From a virus (lineage: Duplodnaviria > Caudoviricetes), in the IMG/VR virus record IMGVR_UViG_3300018080_003867, positions 1 through 48,391 of that record: a DNA stretch of 48,391 nt, one strand, 5' to 3'. The position numbers and the translations under genes are program-made. The notes under the pieces are model-generated. The model was not told the origin of the DNA. It searched no databases and saw nothing but the letters and a program-made list of their open reading frames with translations. Of the stretch, positions 1 to 10,027 are shown piece after piece (the stretch's first letter is position 1; each line of letters begins with the position of its first letter).

Positions 1-83
1 CTGAAGAAAGTATTGTGAATAGACTGAGAGCAACATTAGGTCCTGAAGTTAACTATGTTGATCAACTGAAAGTGCCAAATTAA
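1..83 (+). CDS. 3' end of an ORF truncated by the window start
   Basis: Open frame from position 3 (EESIVNRLRATLGPEVNYVDQLKVPN*) ends at TAA 81-83, 2 nt before the ATG at 86. Confidence 0.45.
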   Translation, partial: EESIVNRLRATLGPEVNYVDQLKVPN

Positions 84-85
84 CC

Positions 86-595
86 ATGTCAAAATCAGGA
101 AAAGTAGAAATTATCTCAGAAGGACTCATCAGGAAATTATTTGATGAATCCCTACAAAATAAACGTAGGCGCATTAATTACAATCTTCACAATCCAGAAG
201 ACCCGTATCAGCGGTTTATCAATGTGATCAATACTGATAGCTATATGCGTCCACATAAACATCAAACAGGCGATGATGAAACCTTTATTATCTTGCAGGG
301 AGCTTGCCTAGTATTGATTTTTGGGGACCTTGGGAACATTAAAGCTGCACACCTACTAAATACCGCAAGGGGAAATTATTGTGCGGACATTGTCGCGGGG
401 GTGTGGCATACCTTGCTGGCCCTCACAGACGGCACAGCAGTAATTGAAGCCAAGGCAGGCCCTTATGACCCTGATACTGCCAAATACTTCGCACCGTGGG
501 CGCCAGAGGAAGGCACAGAGCATAGTAAAATGTTCCTGACAGCACTCTTTCAATCTGCTGTGGTCAAGGCTTGTCTACAGACCTTTGAGTTTTAG
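86..595 (+). CDS. WbuC-family cupin fold metalloprotein
   Basis: RRRINYNLH...QRFIN...YMRPHKH...ETF...G(V)WHT...EAKAGPY...FAPWAPEE matches the WbuC pattern seen in O-antigen clusters. Confidence 0.85.
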   Translation: MSKSGKVEIISEGLIRKLFDESLQNKRRRINYNLHNPEDPYQRFINVINTDSYMRPHKHQTGDDETFIILQGACLVLIFGDLGNIKAAHLLNTARGNYCADIVAGVWHTLLALTDGTAVIEAKAGPYDPDTAKYFAPWAPEEGTEHSKMFLTALFQSAVVKACLQTFEF

Positions 596-950
596 GTTGC
601 TACCTTGATCAGGGTGTGCAATAACTAATCCGTGATTGACCTATGCCCTCTAAAACATCCCCAACACATGACCACTGGGTGCGTTTTGGGGGGCCGCTTT
701 TAGCCAAAACCCCCTTAAAAATGTTCAACTATTATCGAGCGGTAATCCAAAACCAAGGGGGTTATTTAATGTCTGATAAGGATGATTATGTAAACTTGTC
801 TACTGAAAATCAGCCTAAAGAGTAGCGCTTGCCCCCCAATAGCCGCCTAGGTAAACGCTATTAAGGAGCAAGCACTAATACAACGGGGGGTATAGGGAAA
901 CAATCCCTTAAGTCTCTATTTATGTCTCATGCGCGTTACTAAAGATCAAG

Positions 951-988
951 CAAAAAGACCCACCCTAGCGAAAGAGTAGGCCTTTTTG
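951..988 (-). terminator. Rho-independent terminator of the leftward glycan operon, possibly bidirectional
   Basis: Minus strand GGCCTACTCT-loop-AGGGTGGGTC followed by TTTTT, downstream of the ORF ending at 1052. Confidence 0.7.
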
Positions 989-1051
989 TACTGCGTGCTA
1001 GTAGCTGGGGATAGCTTGCAAAAAGATCACACACTCCTTACATAATTGCAA

Positions 1052-1651
1052 CTAAAAATCAACCCCGAACCAACCGGCGCCATTAGGATTCCATACCTGT
1101 TTCTTAAAGTTGTGGATATGATAGAAGTAAAGACCAGGCATGTAAAAGAGCTGATACCCTGCTCTACTCAGTGCGCGTGAATATCGATTATCAACCCCCA
1201 TAAGCCTTTTCTTACCCTCGTCAAAGCCCCCACAAGCTTTCCATGCAGTTTTGTTGGTGAGAATAAAAAACCCACTGAGAGCTCCAGGTAACCGATCTAC
1301 AATGGTTTCACGTAAAACACCTTTCTCTGAGACAACACTGTGCTCATAGAAAAGCTTTTTTGCATAGTTAATGTGGTCAATCACATCATGGTTCTGTGGA
1401 GGATCAGGTGCTCGTTGTTGGGGAGCTCCAATGCGGTTTGTTACGCACGTAATCCAACCCACTTTTTGCTTTTTTAGCTTGTGTATGGCATAGCAACACA
1501 TATCATACCAATAGGCATTGCAGTTATAGAGGTCCCAATCTAAAAACAAGACCCATTCAGTTGGAGCGTTTTCCATAGCCTGATTATACGCTCGTGATAA
1601 ACGTCTACCTGGCTGATATGGGATATAAACAGTTATTTCTCTTGGTTTCAT
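1052..1651 (-). CDS. Putative GT-A fold (GT2-like) glycosyltransferase
   Basis: LSRAYNQAM...WVLFLDWD (DxD), SGFFIL...W..CGGFDE...GVDNRYS. Confidence 0.75.
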   Translation of the reverse strand: MKPREITVYIPYQPGRRLSRAYNQAMENAPTEWVLFLDWDLYNCNAYWYDMCCYAIHKLKKQKVGWITCVTNRIGAPQQRAPDPPQNHDVIDHINYAKKLFYEHSVVSEKGVLRETIVDRLPGALSGFFILTNKTAWKACGGFDEGKKRLMGVDNRYSRALSRAGYQLFYMPGLYFYHIHNFKKQVWNPNGAGWFGVDF

Positions 1652-2337
1652 GCTGATTTTCTGTTTGTGCGGCTAATGGAGGCATCAATAAAGCTCAGGT
1701 CTTTGATAATGTTGCCCCCCAGATAAGTGTTAATGTGATCTACTGCTCTATTTGTCTCGAACAATAAATGCTCGAATGGAACGTTAATATATGGGATATT
1801 ATTTCTGATTAATACATCTAATGCTTGATTGTGGTAAAGCCTTGCAAGATCTGCAAATTGACCCATATAAAGCCGTTCTTTATTGCCTCTATTTCGCATG
1901 CTTTGCGCTACATCGTCATATTTCCTCAACATTACGATGATTTTGACTTGTTGCGAGTCAATACCAGCTTGGGCAATAGCTTCAATCCAAAACCGCAGAG
2001 TTAAGCAGGTCCGGGGGTCCTTCCAGCCCCATAATTGAAAATAATTATCATAATATTGAATGATGCGGACCATGCGATCCATGTAGGTTTGTTTGATTTT
2101 GGTATCATCCCAGGCCGGCGTGATAGGCTTAAAGGCTTTTACGCGATGCCCCCCCTCATGAAGCATCTTATCGTTTAATTGCCTAAACCGCTTGTTTTCA
2201 AAAAAGCCCTTGGGGTTTTCCCGCATTGGTGGGGGATAAAAATCAACATCCTCCCCCATGGTAACACCATTAGAATGCAGTAAGCCAGCTAAAGCCGAAG
2301 TGCCACTTCGGTGCATCCCAACAACAATAACAAGCAT
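1648..2337 (-). CDS. Sulfotransferase family protein
   Basis: PAPS-binding loop GMHRSGTS, plus NPKGFFE and WGWKDPR motifs. Confidence 0.85.
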   Translation of the reverse strand: MLVIVVGMHRSGTSALAGLLHSNGVTMGEDVDFYPPPMRENPKGFFENKRFRQLNDKMLHEGGHRVKAFKPITPAWDDTKIKQTYMDRMVRIIQYYDNYFQLWGWKDPRTCLTLRFWIEAIAQAGIDSQQVKIIVMLRKYDDVAQSMRNRGNKERLYMGQFADLARLYHNQALDVLIRNNIPYINVPFEHLLFETNRAVDHINTYLGGNIIKDLSFIDASISRTNRKSA

Positions 2338-2376
2338 TGTTTCATCCTTTGCAACCCCCCAAGGTTAGAGAAAATC

Positions 2377-2925
2377 CTACCGCACGTTATGCCACCACAC
2401 AAACCGACGAAACTCAAATTTGTCTTTGAAGACTTCATGCACGGCTTTGGTAACGCCAAATGACCGATTATGTCCTTTAACTCGGTAATCATGGCCCGAA
2501 AGCAACCCCCCAGATTTGATCTTAGGCAACCATGCCTGAATATCTTGCATGATGTATTCATAGGCATGATTACCGTCGATAAACACAAAATCTAATGAGT
2601 GATCTTCAATAAGCCGTGCTGCAGCTAAGCTATACTCACGTAAAAGCAGATAACGTTCTGTGTGGGGGGCCATCCTTCCTAAAAACGTTTTCATGACTTG
2701 GTTATAGTCCGCATCATGGAATTTAGCTTTATTAGGGTTTAGCGTTTTGGTTTGGTCAGGATAGTGCTCAAATGGATCAACGCAGAATAGTTTTTCGAGG
2801 TTAGGCAAGGCCTCCATTAGCCGGTAGGATGTGTCCCCCTCAAATACGCCTATTTCTGCTCCGCGTTGGTGGGGCCGTTCTTTTAGTAGATCAATTAAAA
2901 TATTCCACCGTTTGTTTTTACTCAT
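2377..2925 (-). CDS. Class I SAM-dependent methyltransferase (Methyltransf_24-like)
   Basis: GAEIGVFEG, VDPF, LDFVFIDGNHAYE, GGLLSGHDY; start placed at MSKNK (2925), overlapping the sqdB stop. Confidence 0.85.
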   Translation of the reverse strand: MSKNKRWNILIDLLKERPHQRGAEIGVFEGDTSYRLMEALPNLEKLFCVDPFEHYPDQTKTLNPNKAKFHDADYNQVMKTFLGRMAPHTERYLLLREYSLAAARLIEDHSLDFVFIDGNHAYEYIMQDIQAWLPKIKSGGLLSGHDYRVKGHNRSFGVTKAVHEVFKDKFEFRRFVWWHNVR

Positions 2926-4132
2926 AGACAACCCCGTCATAGTCAATAGGCATATCGTTGCGCCAAGTGCTTGTGCAGATTATTTTATCTAGGTTTACTC
3001 GGTCTTTATGATTATTAACCAGATCAATCAATTCCTGCAATGACTTTTTATTGAGGGTTATGGGATCTAATCCTAAATTGTGGATATTTTCCATGCACGC
3101 ACTGAGAGTGTTTTCTACAGCCTCAACCCGTGGGTTCTTATAACAGCGGATTTCGGCATCAGTGAGCCCTTGAATAAGTCTGGCGATATTCATAATGTTC
3201 AGTTGCTGTGTAGTTTGATTCCACACCTTAACCCGCTTGTCAGTTTTTGCGGGGGGGTTTTCAATGGCAAGTTGAATGCACTCGACTGTGTTTTGAATAT
3301 GCACAAAAGCCCTGGTTTGGCCTCCAGTACCGTGAACAGTTAAAGGATGGCCTACGGCACTTTGTACAATCCAACGATTCAAAACCGTTCCAAAGTCCCC
3401 ATCATAATCAAAGCGGTTTATCAATCTAGGGTCTAGGGCTGTCAGATCGGTATTTATCCCCCAAACAATGCCTTGATGCAGATCGGTTATCCGCAGGCCA
3501 TCATTTTTATGATAAAACGCAAAGAGCTGGGCGTCCAAAACTTTGGTCATATGATAAATAGACCCTGGATTAGGCGGGTAGTAGATAATAGCTGGCACTT
3601 TCTCATGTGTGATCGGATCAATCATATGACAATCAATATAGCCCTCAGGAATAGTCATTCCGGCCGTACCATAACCATAAACCCCCATAGTTCCCAAGTG
3701 CACCACATGGGCGTCTACTTGGGTTTCAACCAGTGCGTTTAGAAGGTTGTGTGTTGTGCGAATGTTGTTTTCTACAGTGTAGGCCTTATGCCGTGGGCTT
3801 TTCATTGAATAAGGAGCAGATCGTTGCTCTGCAAAGTGCACAATGGCCTGCGGCTGGATTACTCTGATTTCTTCACACAGATTAAGGTAGTCGCGGGCAA
3901 TATCTAAATAAACATGTTTGATAGACCTGCCTGTAAGCTCACTCCAGGCCGCGCAGCGTTCTTCAATTGACCTGATAGGGGTAACACTGCTCACACCTAG
4001 TTCAGTGTCCATATCGCGACGCACGAGGCTATCAATAATGGTTACATCATAGCCTAAGTTACTTAGGTGAAGTGAAGTAGGCCATCCACAAAACCCATCC
4101 CCACCTAAAACCATAATACTGCCTTTAGTCAT
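2918..4132 (-). CDS. sqdB: UDP-sulfoquinovose synthase (SqdB/SQD1/Agl3 family, extended SDR)
   Basis: GGDGFCGWPTSLHLS, HFAEQRSAPYSM, HLGTMGVYG, PGSIYHMTK, TDLHQGIVWG, RFDYDGDFGTVLNR, LTVHGTGGQTR and NPRVE are hallmark SqdB segments. Confidence 0.93.
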   Translation of the reverse strand: MTKGSIMVLGGDGFCGWPTSLHLSNLGYDVTIIDSLVRRDMDTELGVSSVTPIRSIEERCAAWSELTGRSIKHVYLDIARDYLNLCEEIRVIQPQAIVHFAEQRSAPYSMKSPRHKAYTVENNIRTTHNLLNALVETQVDAHVVHLGTMGVYGYGTAGMTIPEGYIDCHMIDPITHEKVPAIIYYPPNPGSIYHMTKVLDAQLFAFYHKNDGLRITDLHQGIVWGINTDLTALDPRLINRFDYDGDFGTVLNRWIVQSAVGHPLTVHGTGGQTRAFVHIQNTVECIQLAIENPPAKTDKRVKVWNQTTQQLNIMNIARLIQGLTDAEIRCYKNPRVEAVENTLSACMENIHNLGLDPITLNKKSLQELIDLVNNHKDRVNLDKIICTSTWRNDMPIDYDGVVYE

Positions 4133-4952
4133 GATTAGTTTCCTTTTCTACAATTTTTGCTCGAGCAAGCTCAGCGTCGAACATTTTTGCGCAATCATCT
4201 TTGGTAAGTTTGTGAACATTACCACACCACACAACGTCATTGGGTTTATTGCGACCGGGCAAGCCGTACTTTAGAGGTAGCGTTAAGGCCTCTAGCCGTT
4301 TGTCTTTCACTGCAGCTTCATAAGCAATCCAGCAACTTGTTTGCCCCCAACCAATGGGACGTTGTTTTGGTGGCATAGAGCAAGACGTTCTGATCCAATC
4401 AGAAAGCCAGTGACGGGTGTTTGGTGTGATATGCAGGGCCATCATGTCGATAGTTATACGGGCTTTAACTGGGTTGATATTTGGCCGCAATTTGAGCCCC
4501 ACATCATACCCTTTCATCTCATCAACGATATCTTTGATATTGGCACGGAACAGGGTATCAATATCAAAATGCACAATAAGTGCATCGGGTTCATCAGGGA
4601 ATTCTCGCAGCATGTTGTAGACTTTTAAAACACGATCCTCCCCTGCAATCATTAGTTTCCAAGCCCGATTTTGTTCGGTAACGTAGCCATGCTCTACTTG
4701 CTCTCGCCATTTTTTTAAAGTCTTGACAGGTATGCCACTTCGCTTGGACATAGTCTCGAGGTTATATGGTCTTTTTTTAACCTTTATTATGGGATATTGG
4801 TAATAAAGGTCCTCTTTCATTTTATCATCAATACCAATGGCATCGATGAATAAAGGAGTGTGATCATTGGCATGGTGAAAGCAAAAACTTTCGACAAAAA
4901 CTTTAGCTAGTTCGTGCATGCCTGCGGTGTAGTAGGTATGGATAACTAGCAT
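4125..4952 (-). CDS. Putative nucleotide-diphospho-sugar transferase (GT-A fold)
   Basis: IVHFDIDTLFR DxD motif, later W..W and GWGQ segments; position within the glycan operon. Confidence 0.55.
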   Translation of the reverse strand: MLVIHTYYTAGMHELAKVFVESFCFHHANDHTPLFIDAIGIDDKMKEDLYYQYPIIKVKKRPYNLETMSKRSGIPVKTLKKWREQVEHGYVTEQNRAWKLMIAGEDRVLKVYNMLREFPDEPDALIVHFDIDTLFRANIKDIVDEMKGYDVGLKLRPNINPVKARITIDMMALHITPNTRHWLSDWIRTSCSMPPKQRPIGWGQTSCWIAYEAAVKDKRLEALTLPLKYGLPGRNKPNDVVWCGNVHKLTKDDCAKMFDAELARAKIVEKETNHD

Positions 4953-4956
4953 GATG

Positions 4957-6351
4957 TTAGGCCACTACTGGGGGTAAAGGTTCAAGGGGAGCTCCAGTCA
5001 TATCTTGCCCCCATTGTTTATTTATTCCATACACAGACCAGGGCTTAGGCGCATTGACGGGTTTATCCCAAAAATCCAGTCGGTCAATGTTCAAAAACTC
5101 CTTACCTTGGCTGGCAAGATAGGCACGGCGTAGCAAGGGCTCCATTTGGTCAAGCCAGATACGATCTAGCGAGAAAAACCATTGGTCTTTCAGATTGCGC
5201 AACCGGGGGATAACCATCATGGCTATCTCGTCGAAATATTGCTCGACAGACGGGTTATAATGTACCATGCGAAAATCACCAGATTGACCGTCACGAATAC
5301 CAGGGGTTTTGTGGTTGGTGTTGATGTAAATGGCATCCCTACCCCCCATCTCTTTTAAGCACGGCAGGTTTTCATTAAGCACCAACTGACACCCGCTGAT
5401 TTTCGCCTCCTGAAACACATTGCCTACTGTTTCGCGCCAAGAGGTGAACACAAATAGGTTGGATAATTTGAATAGGTCAGCAATGGATTTTCGAGGGATA
5501 GGTTTGTGATTGTTAATGTCACACGTCCAAATGTAATCCTCATTTTCTACTAGCCCCAAGTGGTTCATCCACTGCTTTTTGCGCGCCATCTCTTCCATAC
5601 GTTTTTTACTGTTGGCATTGGCCAGGATAAGCGCTACCCGTTGCCCAGAGCGTTTGAGTGCGGCAAACATGTGGATGACCCCATCAATGCCTTTGCTGTC
5701 CATTCGCGTCGTGCAAAAGGGAAAGATCTGAACAACCTGTTTATTGGGCAGGTCCAAAATATCCGAGATCTTCCACACAATCGGGTCCATTTCATGGAAA
5801 CTACGGATATCTTTAGGATTATAGACTGGGTGACACTGCCAAGGTTCAGCGTTGTACATGCGCTGGAGCCCGGGGAGCTCAAACGAATTCAAATAGACCA
5901 AGAAAGACTTCAGCGGGATTTGGTAGCGCAAGTTTTCGGGGTACTTAGCCATGGGATCACGAGTAGTCCACGATGAATGGATCCAATGGCACCACCATGC
6001 CTTGAGCTTTTCAGCAACTTCACGCATGGCTGCAGACTGGGCTAAGAAGTTGCCTTTGCGCTGGTAGACCATATCCGCAGTTAAAACCACGTCATAGGGC
6101 TGTAAGACCTCGAGATAGGCCTTTTTAAATGTCTCAACCCGGTCTTTGAATGGAACCTCCGAGATAGGATTAGGCAGGCAATTGACTTGGTTGGGGTAAA
6201 GTGTCTCTTTGCATTTTGTGTTGACTAGAAAATCAAAGTCTACCCCATACCGTTCGAGCATGCGCGCACGTTCGTGCCACCCTACATGTAGAGCATAACT
6301 TGATTGAAAACCCCCGAAATGACTACAGATTGCAACTTTTATTTGATCCAT
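4957..6351 (-). CDS. GT-B fold (GT4-like) glycosyltransferase
   Basis: C-terminal DLFKLSNLFVFTSWRETVGNVFQEA (E-x7-E motif) and RMDSKG. Confidence 0.8.
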   Translation of the reverse strand: MDQIKVAICSHFGGFQSSYALHVGWHERARMLERYGVDFDFLVNTKCKETLYPNQVNCLPNPISEVPFKDRVETFKKAYLEVLQPYDVVLTADMVYQRKGNFLAQSAAMREVAEKLKAWWCHWIHSSWTTRDPMAKYPENLRYQIPLKSFLVYLNSFELPGLQRMYNAEPWQCHPVYNPKDIRSFHEMDPIVWKISDILDLPNKQVVQIFPFCTTRMDSKGIDGVIHMFAALKRSGQRVALILANANSKKRMEEMARKKQWMNHLGLVENEDYIWTCDINNHKPIPRKSIADLFKLSNLFVFTSWRETVGNVFQEAKISGCQLVLNENLPCLKEMGGRDAIYINTNHKTPGIRDGQSGDFRMVHYNPSVEQYFDEIAMMVIPRLRNLKDQWFFSLDRIWLDQMEPLLRRAYLASQGKEFLNIDRLDFWDKPVNAPKPWSVYGINKQWGQDMTGAPLEPLPPVVA

Positions 6352-6472
6352 TTTGAACCCTTCCCATGGTGCAGCTTATCCCATATTGATTTGATTTTTG
6401 AAAATTGGTGGGATTATAGACCAGGCAGCCTAGCTTGGAAACCACAATATTTTTGGGGATTACGAGAGAGGC

Positions 6473-6766
6473 TTAATAGCGGGTGAACCGACCGCGGGAT
6501 TGTCCTACTTCGAGTTTAACAATGTCCACCAAAAAGTAAGGTATCTTAAGAGCCTGTTCAATATCTGTGGCCGTGCTTGGAAATTCACTAAGCTCTATGT
6601 ATTCAAAATTCCAACCATATTTTATAAGTTGTGCTTTGCTGAACAACATAGCTTCATGCATATAGGGCGACCAAACCATAGGGTAAACAAATTTCAAAAA
6701 TTCAAACGTGTCACGCCTAACCAAGATGAAAGCCTCTTTTATTTGGTTATCAATGGTAGTTTCCAT
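6473..6766 (-). CDS. Hypothetical protein
   Basis: 97 aa ORF overlapping the end of the upstream ORF, co-oriented with the glycan operon. Confidence 0.55.
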   Translation of the reverse strand: METTIDNQIKEAFILVRRDTFEFLKFVYPMVWSPYMHEAMLFSKAQLIKYGWNFEYIELSEFPSTATDIEQALKIPYFLVDIVKLEVGQSRGRFTRY

Positions 6767-6938
6767 GAACCAGATCTTTCTTGAAGGCTTCTAGGAGTTC
6801 TAATGCTGTGTTCAACCGGCTTAGCCGCTCGTTTGGGTTTAATTCCATTGCTAGCAGGTGACGTATAGCATAGTCAACCTTCTCAGGCAATGGTTGAGTT
6901 CCAATTGTTTCGATTAGTTGCTTAAAGCTTTGTCCCAT
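6750..6938 (-). CDS. Hypothetical protein
   Basis: 62 aa ORF preceded by an AGGAG RBS on the minus strand. Confidence 0.6.
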   Translation of the reverse strand: MGQSFKQLIETIGTQPLPEKVDYAIRHLLAMELNPNERLSRLNTALELLEAFKKDLVHGNYH

Positions 6939-7188
6939 GTTGATCTCCTATTATATATAGGATGACTTCCCACAAATTTTGTGCAATGGTGGGGTTTATC
7001 TATTCTATGGGATACTTTTTATATACTATGCGGTAAATTCACGGTAAACTAAATAAATACAGGCAATTAGCGCGACAATATCAATCAGATGAGTATAGTA
7101 AAATCCATGGATTGTGTAGGTCAATACAGCATCGGTAAGGACTGGACTTAAAAAAACTACAGCTATGAGGAGCACTAGCCAGAATTGC

Positions 7189-7527
7189 TTAATCATTGTT
7201 CAAATACATTTTCTCAATATCTTCTAAAGCCTTAGCCAGTTCGTTTTCTACCACAGAAGTGACAAATTTCATAGCGTAAGGTAATTCTTCTTTTAAACAA
7301 GGCATGGACACCGAAATAAACACCTTGGTGGTCTCAAACTCTGCAATAGATACTGTTTCGCCCCGGCCATAGTTTACATAGCCAGGTACAATACCTTCAG
7401 GGAAAACCCGAACGTCTAAGATCTCTGCCTTGGGCGGGTGTTTGGTGGTTCCCTCCTTATCTTTAAACTGGCTTTCCCACTTAATCGTGGCACTTCGGTT
7501 TGTGGTGGTATTTTTTGCAGTCTTCAT
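7189..7527 (-). CDS. Hypothetical phage protein
   Basis: Start reassigned to MKTAKN at 7527 (AAGGA RBS upstream), which removes the overlap with the divergent ORF at 7615. Confidence 0.65.
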   Translation of the reverse strand: MKTAKNTTTNRSATIKWESQFKDKEGTTKHPPKAEILDVRVFPEGIVPGYVNYGRGETVSIAEFETTKVFISVSMPCLKEELPYAMKFVTSVVENELAKALEDIEKMYLNND

Positions 7528-7614
7528 ATAGTTATCCTTTTTGCAGTGTTCATGTCTTGCGCTATCTATCATACTATTGTATGGGATACAATCGCAATTT
7601 AGGAAGGAATCAAA

Positions 7615-7908
7615 ATGGCACACGATATCATAAGCAGAGTTCGGACTAGTAAAGTCTTTACCTATTATGCGTCTTTTAGTTTAGACTATCAGGAAAAGCT
7701 AGATCGACTGGATTCTGTGATTTGTTACTTTGATGCACAAGATGAGCAAGCGTTTGCCGATCTGGTAGCAAAGAAACTTGGTATTTGTTGCGAGTGTGCA
7801 GATAAGATACTAGATTATATTAATGATGAAACGTATTTTGAGCTCTTATTTGCTTATGTGGATTTGGTAATTGAAAGAAAGCAGCATGCAGTAAAGAGTA
7901 ACCATTAA
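7615..7908 (+). CDS. Hypothetical protein
   Basis: AGGAAGGA RBS; 97 aa with CCEC. Confidence 0.6.
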   Translation: MAHDIISRVRTSKVFTYYASFSLDYQEKLDRLDSVICYFDAQDEQAFADLVAKKLGICCECADKILDYINDETYFELLFAYVDLVIERKQHAVKSNH

Positions 7909-7923
7909 GAATAAAGAGGACTA

Positions 7924-8187
7924 ATGAGCCAAGCAAAAAACATAAAATTTTGGAAGTCCAGAGAAATTGAAACAATTCGATTCATAGAACCCGAGGATAA
8001 AATCGAACTCGAATCATTTGAGCCCCCAACCGTACCGGGGCAATGGATAAAATCAGACCGCATAGGTCCACAAAAGATTATGAACTACTCAATATGTACG
8101 GCTACTGGCAAGATAATTGTGCATTCCAACGAAACGAAGTGTTTGATTTGTGAACTATTAGAAGAGTACAAAAATAATGCATCATAG
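7924..8187 (+). CDS. Hypothetical protein
   Basis: GAGGA RBS; 87 aa. Confidence 0.6.
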   Translation: MSQAKNIKFWKSREIETIRFIEPEDKIELESFEPPTVPGQWIKSDRIGPQKIMNYSICTATGKIIVHSNETKCLICELLEEYKNNAS

Positions 8188-8236
8188 GTAACTAGAGCTA
8201 ATAACCTGGTGCAATTCGAGAAAGGATGCCCATAAA

Positions 8237-8470
8237 ATGAAATACCTTACCCTAGAGAATGAGGAAGATCTTAAATCTCATATGCAGGCATTTAGCGAAT
8301 GGATTATACAAGAACAGGTCAATGATGATCAGCTACTTCACTTATTGACCGCAAGTATTGCAGCCATAATACGACATAGCAATTGTACTATATGGGAAGT
8401 GATTGACAGAATAGAAGACCATAATGACCATATTGCTAAAAGAAGGCAGAGTGACAACAACACACCCTAA
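8237..8470 (+). CDS. Hypothetical protein
   Basis: AAGGA RBS; 77 aa. Confidence 0.6.
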   Translation: MKYLTLENEEDLKSHMQAFSEWIIQEQVNDDQLLHLLTASIAAIIRHSNCTIWEVIDRIEDHNDHIAKRRQSDNNTP

Positions 8471-8570
8471 AGTATATTGCTGTTTAATTTGTGAGATAGG
8501 ATCACAAAACTTAGTATGGGATACCTTGTGCACTATAGACAGCCCAATCTTGATGTGTTACGCATTCTGA

Positions 8571-9944
8571 ATGTTATCTAAAATTACAATTGAACCTGCT
8601 GGATTGTATTGCAAAGCCGATCCAGACCTTATTGACCCTATAGCCGAAATCCTTCAGTACGAAAAAAAGGTTAGCAAACCTTGCCAATTTGGGACCAAAA
8701 TTGTCAGAAAACCCGCATATTTTATCGATAGGCGCAATGGGAGGTTTTTATCTGGATTGCTCGAGCGGGTGACTAAACAGTTATCCGCCCAAAACATCCC
8801 TTGTGCCTTAAGCATAGGTGATTACTCTGACTGCCCTCCTGGCCCCACAGTAGCCCCAAAGCTCAAAGGCCTCACACTAAGACCAGATCAAGAAAAACTC
8901 GTCTCACAGGCCCTCAGATTTTCCCGTGGCGTGATTGTGAGTCCTACCGGTAGCGGAAAGACTATCACAGCATTAGGGATTATTAGCCAATGGCCTAACG
9001 CACGATCCCTAATCTTAGTTCACCGGCGCGATATCGTAAAACAGTTTGCGGAGCGAGCGGCTAAGCATCTACCAAATGTAGAGCTCCAGGTGATTTCAGG
9101 AGGGGGCCAGGACTTAACCGGGCAATTGGTGTGCTCAACCATTCAATCCATCGTAAAATACCCTATAAAGGATGTAATAGACAAGTTTGACATTACCATT
9201 TGTGATGAATGCCACCATGTCAGCGATAGAAAAGGCATGTATGGACAATTTATGGGACGCAATCTAGCGCCTATTAAAATTGGGTTTACCGCGACCCTAC
9301 CAACCGATAGGGAAAAGCTTTTGGCAATGGAAGGTATTTTAGGGCCGGTCATTGGGGAACTTACACTAGAGGAAGGTCAAGAGATGGGTATTATCGCCAA
9401 GCCATTTGTTACACTCATACCTATCCCATATGATCTCGATATTGGGGAGCTTAGAAAATACCGCGAAGTCTATGCAAAAGGCATCGTAACAAATAGGGCG
9501 CGCAACGCAAAGATTACGAAAACAGCCATTGAGAGGGCAAACCGCAACCTAACCTCCATTTCGCTGATCACTGAGGTTCAACACGGTCATATTTTGCTTG
9601 ATATGGCTTGCCAGCTAGGCCTGGCATCCAAGTTTGTCCAAGGGGCCACCAAAAGCCGTGACCGTGACGAGATCAAAGCCTTGCTCGATAGCAAAGCGGT
9701 AGACAACGTTATTTGCACCAATGTTTGGAAAGAAGGTATTGACATACCTACCGTAGGGACCATTATTTTGGCTGGCGGAGGTAAAAGTGCTATTGGTGTT
9801 TTGCAAGGGGTTGGTCGCGGCTTAAGAACGGCTGAAGGCAAAGACACGGCTGAAATAGTTGATTTCCTCGATCCTTACCGCTATCTGGCAGAGCATGCTA
9901 TTGCCCGGATTACAGTTTATGCTCAAAAGGGTTGGTTAAAATAA
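8571..9944 (+). CDS. Superfamily 2 DNA helicase (UvsW/DEAD-like)
   Basis: SPTGSGKT (Walker A), DECHH (motif II), FTAT (motif III), EGIDIP, QGVGRGLR (motif VI). Confidence 0.92.
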   Translation: MLSKITIEPAGLYCKADPDLIDPIAEILQYEKKVSKPCQFGTKIVRKPAYFIDRRNGRFLSGLLERVTKQLSAQNIPCALSIGDYSDCPPGPTVAPKLKGLTLRPDQEKLVSQALRFSRGVIVSPTGSGKTITALGIISQWPNARSLILVHRRDIVKQFAERAAKHLPNVELQVISGGGQDLTGQLVCSTIQSIVKYPIKDVIDKFDITICDECHHVSDRKGMYGQFMGRNLAPIKIGFTATLPTDREKLLAMEGILGPVIGELTLEEGQEMGIIAKPFVTLIPIPYDLDIGELRKYREVYAKGIVTNRARNAKITKTAIERANRNLTSISLITEVQHGHILLDMACQLGLASKFVQGATKSRDRDEIKALLDSKAVDNVICTNVWKEGIDIPTVGTIILAGGGKSAIGVLQGVGRGLRTAEGKDTAEIVDFLDPYRYLAEHAIARITVYAQKGWLK

Positions 9945-9968
9945 AAAGTATCCCATATTCTTTATTAA

Positions 9969-9997
9969 TTGCATTCGCACTCACCTAGCGATATAGT
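9969..9997 (+). promoter_or_regulatory. Sigma70-like promoter
   Basis: TTGCAT-N17-TATAGT upstream of the RBS at about 10014. Confidence 0.6.
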
Positions 9998-10027
9998 AAG
10001 CCAACATCAACAAAAGGAGTGCTATGC

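Noticed and set aside
643-825. 60-aa ORF after the WbuC-like gene
   Set aside because: No convincing RBS or recognisable motif; probably intergenic sequence
1-6351. Glycan cluster as flanking host DNA at a prophage boundary
   Set aside because: No integrase or att site seen; the cluster carries the same TATGGGATA motif as the phage genes and related enzymes sit in the head operon. Origin of 1-595 alone remains uncertain
1052-6351. Glycosyltransferases as a DNA hypermodification pathway
   Set aside because: No hydroxymethylase, thymidylate synthase-like, TET/JBP or 7-deazaguanine genes seen in the window; disfavoured but not excluded because the genome is incomplete
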